Assembly: GCA_965227775.1 (NCBI GenBank)
Contig: OZ245777.1
Coordinates: 1 to 64,000, forward strand
Direction of reading: 5' to 3'
Source: Phycisphaerales bacterium
Lineage (GTDB): Bacteria; Planctomycetota; Phycisphaerae; Phycisphaerales; UBA1924
DNA: 64,000 nucleotides
Both the position numbers and the translations under genes were made by a program. Shown piece by piece: positions 37,652-47,558 of this stretch. Every line of letters begins with the position of its first letter. The first letter of the stretch is position 1. The notes under the pieces were generated by a model. That model was not told the origin of the DNA. It ran no database searches and saw only the letters and a list, made by a program, of their open reading frames with translations.

Positions 37652-38572
37652 CTATCGGCCCCGCACGAGCCGTGCCAGCAAGCCGCGCGCGGGGCCACCC
37701 TTCCGAGCAGAATCCGATCGATTGAGCTCGATCTCTTCCGCCAGGCGATCGACGACCTTGCGCAAGTGGCGAGCAGCGCTCGACTTGGGTGCCGCCAGCG
37801 CGAGCGGGCGGCGTACACGCGAGCAGCGCTGCACGATCGGGTCTTCCGGCACATGCCCTACCATCGGAAGCCCGCAACCCAGGAATCGGGCGGCAACTTC
37901 CGCGACCCGCGCGTGCGCCGCCTGGGCATCAGCGGCGTCACGTGCACGATTCACCAGCAAGTACGGAATCCGTTCGCACGCGGAAGTACGCAAGCTCTTT
38001 ATGAGTGCGTACGCGTCGGCGAGCGAGGCCGGATCGGGCGTGGCCACGACCAACGGCAGCGACGCACGGGCGAGGCCATCTCGAACCGCCGCCCCCAACC
38101 CGGCGCCATGATCGACGACCACCACGTCCATCGCCCGGCTCAACAAGTCAACGGTCTGCGACACCGCCGATCGGGCGTCCATGCCCGAGGCGTATCGCAG
38201 CGGCCCGACCATGCCCGGCACCACCACCATGCCGGCGGGGCCGCGCATCGAGATGCGACGAACGAGGTCAACGGTCACGCGATCACCCTGGGCCACACGG
38301 GCAACCGCCTCGGTTAGCCGGGCAGTCGGGCGCAGCCCGCAGATCAAGTCAGCGTTGGCAAGGCCCAGGTCGGCATCAACGAGCGCCACCCGCAGACCGC
38401 GCTTGGCAAGCGCGATGCCCATCGACACGGCGATCGTGGTCTTGCCCACGCCGCCCTTGCCGGAGGCGATCGCGATGACCGGCGCTCGGCGCACCGGCGC
38501 GTCGGGGCTCGAACGCCGCTGCGCCAATCGACGCAAAGCGGATGCCTGATCGCTTGCCGCGGCAGGCATCAC
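37652..38572 (-). CDS. flhG: MinD-like flagellar number regulator FlhG/FleN
   Basis: DQASALR activator motif, ASGKGGVGKT, DADLGLAN, C-terminal amphipathic GLLARL. Confidence 0.9.
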   Translation of the reverse strand: MMPAAASDQASALRRLAQRRSSPDAPVRRAPVIAIASGKGGVGKTTIAVSMGIALAKRGLRVALVDADLGLANADLICGLRPTARLTEAVARVAQGDRVTVDLVRRISMRGPAGMVVVPGMVGPLRYASGMDARSAVSQTVDLLSRAMDVVVVDHGAGLGAAVRDGLARASLPLVVATPDPASLADAYALIKSLRTSACERIPYLLVNRARDAADAQAAHARVAEVAARFLGCGLPMVGHVPEDPIVQRCSRVRRPLALAAPKSSAARHLRKVVDRLAEEIELNRSDSARKGGPARGLLARLVRGR

Positions 38573-40017
38573 GCACCAACCTCGGTCAGCGCGGGCTCCG
38601 GAGCGCGCGCTTCGGGACGCCTGGCCGCAGCACCGCCCGCGAGCACCAATCGCGCCAACCGATCGGCTCGCCCGGGCTCGATGTGGTCTGGGACTTCCTG
38701 CCCCGTCGTGACGAAGCTCAGCGGCAGGCCCAGCGCGTGCACCATCGAGATCACCGTGCCCACGCCCTCGGCTTCGTCGAGCTTGGTGAACAGGACACGA
38801 TCGGGGCCGGCCTTGGCAAAGCCCTGAGCCGCACGCCGCAGCGCACCCACGCCTGCCGTCGCCGAGAGCACGAGGTGCGTTTCGTCTGGCCCAGCAGCGG
38901 CGAGATACTCCGAGAGCTCGTCCACGCGTTGATCGTCACGCGGCGACCGGCCGGCCGTGTCGATCAGCACCACATCGCAGTCGGCCATCGCTCGACAGGC
39001 AGCGGCCATCTCCGCCGGGCTCATCACAACCCGCAGCGGCACGCTGATGATGCTCGCGTACGTGCGGAGTTGCTCGACCGCGGCAATGCGGAACGTATCG
39101 GTCGTGATGAGACCAACGCGCTGCCCACGCCGGAGCTTGTACGCGGCGGCGAGCTTGGCGATGGTGGTGGTCTTGCCGACACCCGTCGGGCCGACGAGCG
39201 CAATCGTCAGCGGGCCAGCGTCGGTCCTGCCTCGCCCGGGCTTCGCGACGCGAACAACATCGGCCAGCGCTCCCTGCACGGCCGGCCCGACGAGCGAGGC
39301 GTCGCACAGCTCGTCTCTGGTCAGTTGCGAGCGCACGATCGACACGACCTCGTCCGCAAGGTCGCGATCGACCTCGGCCTCGACCATCCGCACATACGCT
39401 TCGGCCAACGGCTCGCCCAGTGCTGAGGCAGAGACTGGCCCCGCCTGCTGGGTGTGCATCATGCGCCCGAGCATGTTGCGCAGGCTCCGCAATTCGTCCT
39501 CAACGGCTGCCGTTGGCGGCGCTGCGGCAACCCCAGACTTGCGAACCCGCATCCGCTCGACCCGCTCGGGCGCAGTCGATCGCTCCGGTCGTGCTTGTGC
39601 TGGCTCTGGTGCCGGTTCGGGCAACCGCTCGGCAGCCGGCTCAACGCGGGGCTGGAGAGCCGGTCGAGGCTCGGAGCCCGCAAGCTGGGTGTACCGCTCG
39701 AGCAACTCTTGCCGGCGCTGGGCCGATGTGGGATCGCTGCGCTCGACCGGCTCGGGCCGCGGCCTTGGCCTGGGAGCCTGCTTCTGAGGCTGCGAAGGTC
39801 TTGCCCCCGCCTGCCTGGGGCCCTTGCCACGCTGGCGATCACGCACGACCGACGCGGGTGACGCGGTTACCTCGACGACGGGCCGGCCACCAATGCCGAA
39901 CAGCCCGCCGACCTTGTAGTTCCGCGTGTGCAGGATGATCGCATCGCGGCCCAGCTCCCGCTGGACGGCGTCGATGGCGTCGGCCATCGACCGTGCGCGA
40001 TAGGTGCGGATGCCCAT
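38569..40017 (-). CDS. flhF: SRP-family GTPase FlhF
   Basis: GPTGVGKTTT, DTFRIAA, DTAG, TKLDE, GQEVPD. Confidence 0.95.
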   Translation of the reverse strand: MGIRTYRARSMADAIDAVQRELGRDAIILHTRNYKVGGLFGIGGRPVVEVTASPASVVRDRQRGKGPRQAGARPSQPQKQAPRPRPRPEPVERSDPTSAQRRQELLERYTQLAGSEPRPALQPRVEPAAERLPEPAPEPAQARPERSTAPERVERMRVRKSGVAAAPPTAAVEDELRSLRNMLGRMMHTQQAGPVSASALGEPLAEAYVRMVEAEVDRDLADEVVSIVRSQLTRDELCDASLVGPAVQGALADVVRVAKPGRGRTDAGPLTIALVGPTGVGKTTTIAKLAAAYKLRRGQRVGLITTDTFRIAAVEQLRTYASIISVPLRVVMSPAEMAAACRAMADCDVVLIDTAGRSPRDDQRVDELSEYLAAAGPDETHLVLSATAGVGALRRAAQGFAKAGPDRVLFTKLDEAEGVGTVISMVHALGLPLSFVTTGQEVPDHIEPGRADRLARLVLAGGAAARRPEARAPEPALTEVGA

Positions 40018-40145
40018 GCCCTCCGTGGCTCCTTCTCAGATTCAAGTCGGGCCTCCGGCCCGGCTAGGTCGCGACGGGACTATCGACAACCCGCGAATGC
40101 GACAACGACATTTTCATGCCAACCAGAACACGAAACGGGCTTGCC

Positions 40146-42263
40146 CTAGCCCGCGGTCGCCATCGCGGCCTCGCCCGGCGGACGAACCAGACCCACCGCG
40201 TTCAGTTCGATCTTCTGGTCGACCTCGTTGTACCCGAGCACTGCGATGCCCGGCAGCCTGGGCTCCATGATCTGGAACAGCACCGCGCGCACCGTCGGAG
40301 AAGCCAGCAACACAGGCGGGTGCCCTCCGTTCACCACCGGCTCCAAGGCCTTGTCGATCTCCTGGGCCACGGCATTGCTCACGCCAGCGGGCATCGTCAG
40401 CGTCGTCGTCTCCGCCCCGCGATCGATATAGCTGCTCACCAGATCCTCCATCGCCGGGTCGACGGTCGCGCACGAGAGCACGAGCTTGCCGTCGCCCTCA
40501 TCGATCGCGTACTGGTGGCAGATCGCCCGCCGAAGACCGTTGCGCACGTACTCGGTGAGCACGTCGACGTCCTTGGTCTTGCCACCCCAGTCGGCCAGCA
40601 CCTCCAGGATGGTCTCCATGTCGCGGATCGGCACGCGCTCGCGGAGGAGGTTCTGCAGCACGTGCTGCAGGTCCGCGAGCTTCACCGTACCCGACAGCGC
40701 TTCTTCGACCAGCTTTGGCGCACGCTCCTTGACGCCCTCGATGAGGTTGCCAACCTCCTCGCGCGTCAGCAGCTCGCTCGCGTGGGCCTTCACGACCTCC
40801 GTCAGATGCGTCGTCAGCACGCTGGCAGCATCGACAACCGTGTAGTTCATCGATTCGGCCCGCATCCGCATGTCGGTGGTGATCCACCACGCGTCGAGGC
40901 CGAAGGCGGGCTCCTTGGTCGCCTCACCCTGCAGCTTGCCGGTGGCGATGCCCGGATCCATCGCGAGCAGCTGATCGGGCCTGGCCTCGCCCCGCGCGAC
41001 GTCCGCGCCGCGGATGCGCACGCGGTAGTGCGTCGGGGGCAACTGCAGGTTGTCTCGGATCCGCACCGGCGGCATGACGAACCCGCTGTCGAGCGCAAGC
41101 TGACGTCGCACCGCCGAGATGCGTTCCAGCAGATCGTTCCCGTCGCCCGTGCCGACCAGTGACACCAGTGACTGGCCCACCTCCAACTCCAGCAGATCGA
41201 CCTTCAGCAGGCTCTCGACCGCCGGCGGCGGAGGCGGCGGGGCCGGCGGCGGAGGCGGGGGCGGCCGTGTCGCGCGGCTCATCGCCAACGCGATGCCGCC
41301 GAGCCCGAGCGACGTCGCCAAGAGCGGCACCGCCGGCAGGCCCGTGAATGCGAGCACGCCCAGGAAGATCGAGGTGATCGCCAGCCCCTTCGGCTGGCTG
41401 AAGACCTGGCCGGTCAGCTCCTGCCCCAACTCGCCCTTGTCGCCCGACCGCGTAACGATGAGGGCCGCCGCGATCGCGATGATGAACGACGGGATCTGGC
41501 TCGTCAGCCCGTCACCGATCGTCAGCCGGCTGAACGTCTCGGCCGTCTGCGACGCGGGCCAGCCACGCTCGATTGTGCCCACGGCAAATCCGCCAGCGAT
41601 GTTCACGCCCGTGATGACGATGCCCGCGATGGCATCGCCGCGCACGAACTTGCTGGCACCGTCCATAGCGCCGAAGAAATCTGCCTCGCGCCGGATCTCT
41701 TCGCGTCGGTCCCGGGCCTCCTGCTCGCTGATGATCCCCGCGTTCAGGTCGGCATCGATGGCCATCTGCTTGCCGGGCATGGCATCGAGCGTGAACCTCG
41801 CCGCAACCTCGCTGATGCGCGTCGCACCCTTGGTGATGACGAGGAACTGCACGGCAACCAAGATCAGGAAGATCACGATGCCCACGAAGAGCGAGTCGCC
41901 CGCGACGAAGTTACCGAATGCTTCGATGACTTGCCCCGCAACATCCATCGCATCCTCTGGCGACGTTGCGTCCGCGGTCAGGATCAGCCTCGTTGAAGCG
42001 ATGTTGAGAACCAACCTGAACATCGTGACGCCCAGCAACAGCGAGGGGAACACGCTGAACTTCAGCGGGCGATCCATGTACAGCACCGTCAGCAGGATGA
42101 CTACGGACAGCGACACATTCGTCGAGATCATCAGGTCGAGCAGGAAGCTCGGCAACGGCACGATGAGCACCGCGAGCAGCGCCACGAATCCGATGGGCAC
42201 GATGATGCCACGCCACTTCGAGAGGGACTCGAGCCGAGCGAGGATGCCGTCGCCCACTGCCAT
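40146..42263 (-). CDS. flhA: Flagellar export gate protein FlhA
   Basis: RISEVAARFTLDAMPGKQMAIDADL, FFGAMDGASKFVRGDA. Confidence 0.97.
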   Translation of the reverse strand: MAVGDGILARLESLSKWRGIIVPIGFVALLAVLIVPLPSFLLDLMISTNVSLSVVILLTVLYMDRPLKFSVFPSLLLGVTMFRLVLNIASTRLILTADATSPEDAMDVAGQVIEAFGNFVAGDSLFVGIVIFLILVAVQFLVITKGATRISEVAARFTLDAMPGKQMAIDADLNAGIISEQEARDRREEIRREADFFGAMDGASKFVRGDAIAGIVITGVNIAGGFAVGTIERGWPASQTAETFSRLTIGDGLTSQIPSFIIAIAAALIVTRSGDKGELGQELTGQVFSQPKGLAITSIFLGVLAFTGLPAVPLLATSLGLGGIALAMSRATRPPPPPPPAPPPPPPAVESLLKVDLLELEVGQSLVSLVGTGDGNDLLERISAVRRQLALDSGFVMPPVRIRDNLQLPPTHYRVRIRGADVARGEARPDQLLAMDPGIATGKLQGEATKEPAFGLDAWWITTDMRMRAESMNYTVVDAASVLTTHLTEVVKAHASELLTREEVGNLIEGVKERAPKLVEEALSGTVKLADLQHVLQNLLRERVPIRDMETILEVLADWGGKTKDVDVLTEYVRNGLRRAICHQYAIDEGDGKLVLSCATVDPAMEDLVSSYIDRGAETTTLTMPAGVSNAVAQEIDKALEPVVNGGHPPVLLASPTVRAVLFQIMEPRLPGIAVLGYNEVDQKIELNAVGLVRPPGEAAMATAG

Positions 42264-43366
42264 CAGCTACCCGCCCCCACGGTCTCCGGCGGCGCCGGTG
42301 CCTTGTGGCTGCCCTCCAGCCGGTACACGTACGCCAAAACCTCGGCCACGGCTTCATAGTGCTCGGGGCTGATGGACTGACCAACCTCGACGCCGCGATA
42401 CAGCGCCCGCGCGAGCGGCGGACGCTCGACCACCGGCACACCGTTCGTGCGTGCAACCTCACGAATCCGCAGCGCCACGTAATCAACACCCTTGGCCACG
42501 ACCTTCGGCGCAGCCATCTCGTTGGCGTCGTACTTGATGGCCACCGAGAAGTGCGTCGGGTTCGTGACCACAACGTCCGCGCCGGGCACGTCGCTCTGCA
42601 CGCGCTGCAGCGCGATCTCGCGCGCGACGCGGGAACGCCGCTGCTTCATCTCCGGATCACCGTCCATCGACTTCTGCTCTTCCTTCACCTCCTGCTTGGT
42701 CATCTTGTTGTCGTGGCGGTGCTGCCACTTCTGGTACTTCAGATCGATCAGCCCGATGATCAGCAGCACCGCCAGCATCCAGATCGACAGCTCGACCATG
42801 GCCCGCAGGCTCGCGATGACTCCCGAGCGGATGTCCATGAGCGGCAGCGCCCCCAGCGCCGGCACCCATCGCACGATAACGAACACGACCACCATGACCA
42901 CCAGCACCAGCTTGACCAGATCCATGATCAGCTTGACAGCCCCCTTGGGCCCGAACATGCGCTTGGCGCCACTGACTGGGTTCATCCGGCTCAACTTGGG
43001 CTTGATGGCCTCGGGGGAGAGTGCCCAGCCGACCTGCACGAGCTGGGAGAGCAGCGCGATCACGAACATCACCGCCATTGTGGGTACCAGGATGATCGCG
43101 ATCCGCACGCCGAGCCAGCGCAGCGTCCGATTGATGTCGTCGACGACGACGACCTGTCCTGGAGCGCTGCCGGCCATGATGTCTCGCATCATGGCAGCGA
43201 GCAGGCCGGTCGCCAGGATGCCCATCGCGGCCAGCAGGATCGCGGCGCCCGTCATCATCACGACGGCGCCGAAGTCCTGGCTCTTACCGACCTGTCCCTG
43301 CTCGCGCGTCTTCTTCAGCTTGTGCGCGGTTGGTTCTTCGGTCTTCTCGCCCGGGTCGTCAGCCAT
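42263..43366 (-). CDS. flhB: Flagellar export protein FlhB
   Basis: EKTEEPT start; NPTH autocleavage motif. Confidence 0.96.
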   Translation of the reverse strand: MADDPGEKTEEPTAHKLKKTREQGQVGKSQDFGAVVMMTGAAILLAAMGILATGLLAAMMRDIMAGSAPGQVVVVDDINRTLRWLGVRIAIILVPTMAVMFVIALLSQLVQVGWALSPEAIKPKLSRMNPVSGAKRMFGPKGAVKLIMDLVKLVLVVMVVVFVIVRWVPALGALPLMDIRSGVIASLRAMVELSIWMLAVLLIIGLIDLKYQKWQHRHDNKMTKQEVKEEQKSMDGDPEMKQRRSRVAREIALQRVQSDVPGADVVVTNPTHFSVAIKYDANEMAAPKVVAKGVDYVALRIREVARTNGVPVVERPPLARALYRGVEVGQSISPEHYEAVAEVLAYVYRLEGSHKAPAPPETVGAGS

Positions 43367-44156
43367 CGGCCACCCCCAGCGAGCGCGCCCACTCGTGAAT
43401 GGAGCGGAAACCATCGGCGATGGCGTCGCCCGTCACGTCGCCGATGGCAAAGATCGAGACCGCCAGCACACCGAAGCCCAGCACGATCTGGATCGCAAAG
43501 CCGATGGTCATGATGTTGATCTGCGGGATCGTGCGCATGAGCACACCCATCGCCAGGCTCGCCAGCGTCGCCATCAGCAGCACGGGCATGGCGATCCGCA
43601 TACCCACCACAAAAGCGGCGTCAACCAGCGTCACGAGAAGCTGCGCCGGCGCCGCGTCCACCCACGCCGTCCCAGGGGGTAGCGTCGCAAACGTGTCCAT
43701 GACGGCAACGACCATCTGCTCGAGCCCACCGATCTGAATGAAGATGCACAGCGCCATCAGGTACAGCACCTGGCCGACAACCTCGGACTGGGCGTCAAAC
43801 TCGGGGTTGTACACCTGCGCCAGCGCGAGGCCGAGCTTGTAGCTGATCACGCTGCCGGCAATCTGTATCGCCACCAGCGGCATCGTCGCGAGCATGCCGA
43901 TCGCAAGCCCAATGAGCACCTCGCTGAACAAGACCACGGCGATCGACCCGAGCTCCAGTGGTGGCGGCTCGATTCCGCCCGAAGCCACCGCCGGGTACAG
44001 CGCCACCGTCAGCATGAGCAAGAGCAGGATGCGCACACGCCGCATCACGAGCTGGCTCGCCAGCACTGGCGCGAACAGGAACAGCCCGCTCATCCGCGCC
44101 GCCACCATCCAGAACGGCAGCAGGTGCTCCAGGATGCTCGCCATCGCGGGATCCAA
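43359..44156 (-). CDS. fliR: Flagellar export protein FliR
   Basis: ARMSGLFLFAP, EVLIG, RTIPQIN; multiple TM segments. Confidence 0.93.
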   Translation of the reverse strand: MDPAMASILEHLLPFWMVAARMSGLFLFAPVLASQLVMRRVRILLLLMLTVALYPAVASGGIEPPPLELGSIAVVLFSEVLIGLAIGMLATMPLVAIQIAGSVISYKLGLALAQVYNPEFDAQSEVVGQVLYLMALCIFIQIGGLEQMVVAVMDTFATLPPGTAWVDAAPAQLLVTLVDAAFVVGMRIAMPVLLMATLASLAMGVLMRTIPQINIMTIGFAIQIVLGFGVLAVSIFAIGDVTGDAIADGFRSIHEWARSLGVADG

Positions 44157-44170
44157 CGGCTACCGCCCCC

Positions 44171-44425
44171 CTAGAACAAACGGAACATCTCGATTGTGAA
44201 CTCGACGAGCTGGATCAACATCCAGGGCAGCAGCAACAGCGACACGATCAGCATCCCGAGGATCTTGGGCACGAACGACAGTGTCTGATCCTGGATCTGC
44301 GTGAGCGACTGGAAGAGGCTGATCACCAGGCCGATGATCACGCCCACGATCAGCACGGGCCCGCCCACGCGCAGCGTGAGCAAGAGCACATCGCGAACCA
44401 GTTCCACCATCCAATCGCTGCCCAT
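44171..44425 (-). CDS. fliQ: Flagellar export protein FliQ
   Basis: GLVISLFQSLTQIQDQTLSFVPK. Confidence 0.95.
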   Translation of the reverse strand: MGSDWMVELVRDVLLLTLRVGGPVLIVGVIIGLVISLFQSLTQIQDQTLSFVPKILGMLIVSLLLLPWMLIQLVEFTIEMFRLF

Positions 44426-44435
44426 CGCCGCGCTC

Positions 44436-45437
44436 CTACACGCCCGGGAGCCAGTTGATAGCCCCGAGCAGCGGCGCCGCCAGCACGAGTCCCTCGCTCG
44501 CCGTCCGGGCAAACTCGTCGCTCAGCCGCTCGATCTGCCCCTCAAGCACAAAGCTCTCTAGTAGCGAGCCTGCCAACAGCTGCCACCCATCGGCCATGAC
44601 AAAAAGCAACAGCTTGAACGGCAGGCTGATGAGCACCGGTGGTAGCATCATCATGCTCATCGAGATCAGCACGCTGGCGATCACCATATCGATCACCAGG
44701 AACGGCAGGTATATCCGAAACCCCATCAGAAAGGCGACCTTCAGCTCGCTGAGCATGTAGGCCGGCACGAGCTCGGCCATACCCACGTCGGCCCGTGTCA
44801 GCTTGCTCGGATCGCTCACGTCGTAGCCGCGGTACTCCATGATGGTTAGCAGGCTCGACCAGTTGCCCGTCGCCTCGATCTGGTCGAACATGAAGTCGCG
44901 CAAAGGCCGCGCGCCCGCCTCCCACATCTGCTCGTAGTCGGTGATCTCGCCCTGCTCGTAGGGCACGATCGCCTCGTCGTAGATCCGCCCGATCGTCGGC
45001 GTCATAATGAACAGCGTCAGGAACAAGCTGAGCGCAAGGATTACTTGGCCCGGCGGCACCGTCTGCGTGCCCATCGCCTGCTTGAGCAAGCCCAGCACGA
45101 TGATGATGCGGATAAACGACGTGGTCATCAGCATGATCGACGGCACCAGCGTGATGACCGTGAGCACCAGCATGATGCTCACCGCCGTGCTGATGCCCGG
45201 GCCTTCGCCCTGCTCGTCGCCAGGCAGCGCCTCGGCCGCCGCGCCCAGCACTGCCAGTGGGTTCACGCCGCCGTCGCGCCCCTCCAAGGCACCTGCCAAG
45301 CTCCGCGCAACATCCGGTGCGGCGGGCGGCGGCACGGACATCTCGACCGGGGGCCCGACGACACCCTGAGCGAACGCGGTCGTCGCGAGCGTCGCAACCA
45401 ACGCGGCCGAGATGAACGTCAGCCACCTCACGCCCAC
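44436..45437 (-). CDS. fliP: Flagellar export protein FliP
   Basis: TTSFIRIIIVL, PAYMLSEL, YLPFLVIDMV, ISLPFKLLLFV. Confidence 0.96.
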   Translation of the reverse strand: MGVRWLTFISAALVATLATTAFAQGVVGPPVEMSVPPPAAPDVARSLAGALEGRDGGVNPLAVLGAAAEALPGDEQGEGPGISTAVSIMLVLTVITLVPSIMLMTTSFIRIIIVLGLLKQAMGTQTVPPGQVILALSLFLTLFIMTPTIGRIYDEAIVPYEQGEITDYEQMWEAGARPLRDFMFDQIEATGNWSSLLTIMEYRGYDVSDPSKLTRADVGMAELVPAYMLSELKVAFLMGFRIYLPFLVIDMVIASVLISMSMMMLPPVLISLPFKLLLFVMADGWQLLAGSLLESFVLEGQIERLSDEFARTASEGLVLAAPLLGAINWLPGV

Positions 45438-46138
45438 ACCCCGCGTCCTCGCGGCAGCGGCTCGCCCCGCGGCCCTACCTCGATGATCTCGCCGCGCTCG
45501 ATGCCATCGGGTTCGTCGTCGTTGCCCTGGAAGCGCTCGAGCGCCTGGCGGAAGCGGACCGATACGCTCTCACTCGCCTCATCGCGTGTCTGCCGCAAGA
45601 TGGCCGCGACCTCGCTAGGCTCGTCGAACTCAGCGAGTGTGGTGAAGCTCCCGCCCTTGGCCGCCATGTTCTGGCTCAACAGCAGCACGCGGCGGTCGAT
45701 CCGCAGCAGCACGAGCACCTGCCCGCGCCCGACCGGATACCGCGCGAGCACCTCGAGCACCCCACTGGGCGCTCGGCCACCGGGGCCCATCATGGCCGCG
45801 ACCGATCCCGACCGCCGCGACACGAACTTCGCGAGCGCTGCCAGGACCAAGATGAGACCGATGACCATCGCGACCGACGCGATCGACCGCATCCAGCCGC
45901 CACCAGCGGAAGATGCAGATCGCTCACCCTGGGACGACTGCTCGGCTGGCGCGACGAACAACGGAATGTCCGCTTCGCTACGGCGGGCTGGTGTCTCGCT
46001 AGCTGGCTCGGGCGTTGCGGGCTGGACGGCCTCGCTCGCCGGCGCGTCGCCCAGGGGCGGACCAACCTGTCCATGCGCACACGGGGCGCCGATCGCCAGC
46101 GCGGCCAACGCACACAATGCCACCCATCGAAACGCCAT
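45428..46138 (-). CDS. fliO: Flagellar biosynthesis protein FliO/FliZ
   Basis: TM segment followed by LEVLARYPVGRGQVLVLLRIDRRVLLL; position between fliN and fliP. Confidence 0.8.
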   Translation of the reverse strand: MAFRWVALCALAALAIGAPCAHGQVGPPLGDAPASEAVQPATPEPASETPARRSEADIPLFVAPAEQSSQGERSASSAGGGWMRSIASVAMVIGLILVLAALAKFVSRRSGSVAAMMGPGGRAPSGVLEVLARYPVGRGQVLVLLRIDRRVLLLSQNMAAKGGSFTTLAEFDEPSEVAAILRQTRDEASESVSVRFRQALERFQGNDDEPDGIERGEIIEVGPRGEPLPRGRGVWA

Positions 46139-46228
46139 GTCGCCTTCCCTGGCTCGGCACGCGCGGGCTCCGCCGCACGGTCTTTCGTCTGCCCGGCGGG
46201 GCGATCGCCCCGCCGTCCACCCGGTCCC

Positions 46229-46822
46229 CTACGAAGCCGCTTCCTCGGCCAGCTCCTCGCCGACCGTGTCGATGATCTCGTTCACGCGGATGCAGAAGTT
46301 ATCGTTCAGCACCAGTACCTCGCCCCGCGCCACCAATCGATCGTTTACATACACGTCCAGCGGATCGCCAGCCAGCTTGTCAAGCTCGACGACGGCGCCC
46401 GAATTCAGCCGCAGCACGTCCTCTACCAGCATTCGCGTGCGGCCCAGCTCGATGCGCACGTCGAGTTGCACATCGGCCAGCATGTCCAGCCCGTGCTGGG
46501 CTCCGCTCACACTCGAGAGGTCAAAGTCCGGCAGCTCCAGCTTTCCGCCCTTGCTCTGGGCGGCCTTCAGGGCCGCCTGCACCACCGCGTCGGCGACGGT
46601 TTCGCCACCGCCGTCGCCTTCCTGATCACCACCCGCGCTCGCGATCGCCGCGTCCGCATCGGCCTGGATGTTCGAGACGGTCTCCTTGGCCGCTTCGATC
46701 GCTTCGGGAGTCCCGTCATCGTCACTTGGCTCGGCCGGCGCAGCTTCCGTGGGGCCCTCTTCCTGAGCGCCCTCGGCCGTCGGCTCTTGCTCGTTGCGAT
46801 CTTCGGGCCGCTCGTCGGGCAT
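46229..46822 (-). CDS. fliN: Flagellar motor switch protein FliN with acidic N-terminal extension (start uncertain)
   Basis: LADVQLDVRIELGRT...GAVVELDKLAGDPLDVYVNDRLVARGEV SpoA domain. Confidence 0.93.
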   Translation of the reverse strand: MPDERPEDRNEQEPTAEGAQEEGPTEAAPAEPSDDDGTPEAIEAAKETVSNIQADADAAIASAGGDQEGDGGGETVADAVVQAALKAAQSKGGKLELPDFDLSSVSGAQHGLDMLADVQLDVRIELGRTRMLVEDVLRLNSGAVVELDKLAGDPLDVYVNDRLVARGEVLVLNDNFCIRVNEIIDTVGEELAEEAAS

Positions 46823-46999
46823 CCTGCTCACCTTCACCGCCTGGGGCATGTGCGGGTCACGATCGGGCCGGCGCATGCCAGCATACAAGGCCGGACTCCG
46901 CCGGCTGGTGCCAACATCGGAGCCGGGGCCCGGTCGTCCGCAGCTTTTGCCTTGTGTTACGTGCGCTCGCGCAATACCTGCGCGTCGTGCCGCCGCCGG

Positions 47000-47530
47000 C
47001 TAGTTCCGCGTGAAGCCCCGCAACTTGGCAATCACCAGCCGCTCGACGCGCGGCAGCCCGTCGGCATCGTTGCCGAATAGGTCATTGATGAGCGCGGTGA
47101 GCTGGCGAGAGCCCGTGCGGAAGTCTGGCTCGCGAAGCTCGGTCAGCTTGGCCCGACGGAAGATCTGCGTGATGCCTTCCTGGATCTCGGCCGAGCGCTG
47201 CTCGAGCTGCTTCTGGACGTAGTCCTGGTTCTTTCGGCGGACCTTCAGGAAGATCTGCGCCTCCCAGATCCACACCTGGTTGCTGGTCATGTTCTGGTAC
47301 TGCTCGTCGGTCAGCAGCACTTCCACCAGCGCTTCGGGGTCTTCGTCTTCGCTCACGATCTCGGCCGCAGCGTCCTTCGGCCCGCCGCTCATCATCGTGA
47401 TGAACAGGAACACGCCCGCGCCCTCAACGGCCATGATCGCCGCGATCACCGCCAGGAGCTTGACCGAAGGCCCCTTCTTGCCCTCTGCCTTCTCGGCGTT
47501 GTCCGTGTCCTTGGGTGCCTCATCGGCCAT
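47000..47530 (-). CDS. fliL: Flagellar basal-body associated protein FliL
   Basis: Charged N-terminus, single TM and FliL-like C-terminal pattern; lies after motB. Confidence 0.75.
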   Translation of the reverse strand: MADEAPKDTDNAEKAEGKKGPSVKLLAVIAAIMAVEGAGVFLFITMMSGGPKDAAAEIVSEDEDPEALVEVLLTDEQYQNMTSNQVWIWEAQIFLKVRRKNQDYVQKQLEQRSAEIQEGITQIFRRAKLTELREPDFRTGSRQLTALINDLFGNDADGLPRVERLVIAKLRGFTRN

Positions 47531-47558
47531 GCCTGTCCTCCGCGCTACGTGTTATCGG

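Noticed and set aside
41220..41270. GGC/CCG-rich microsatellite-like run
   Set aside because: Encodes the poly-Pro linker of FlhA in frame; no sign of phase variation.
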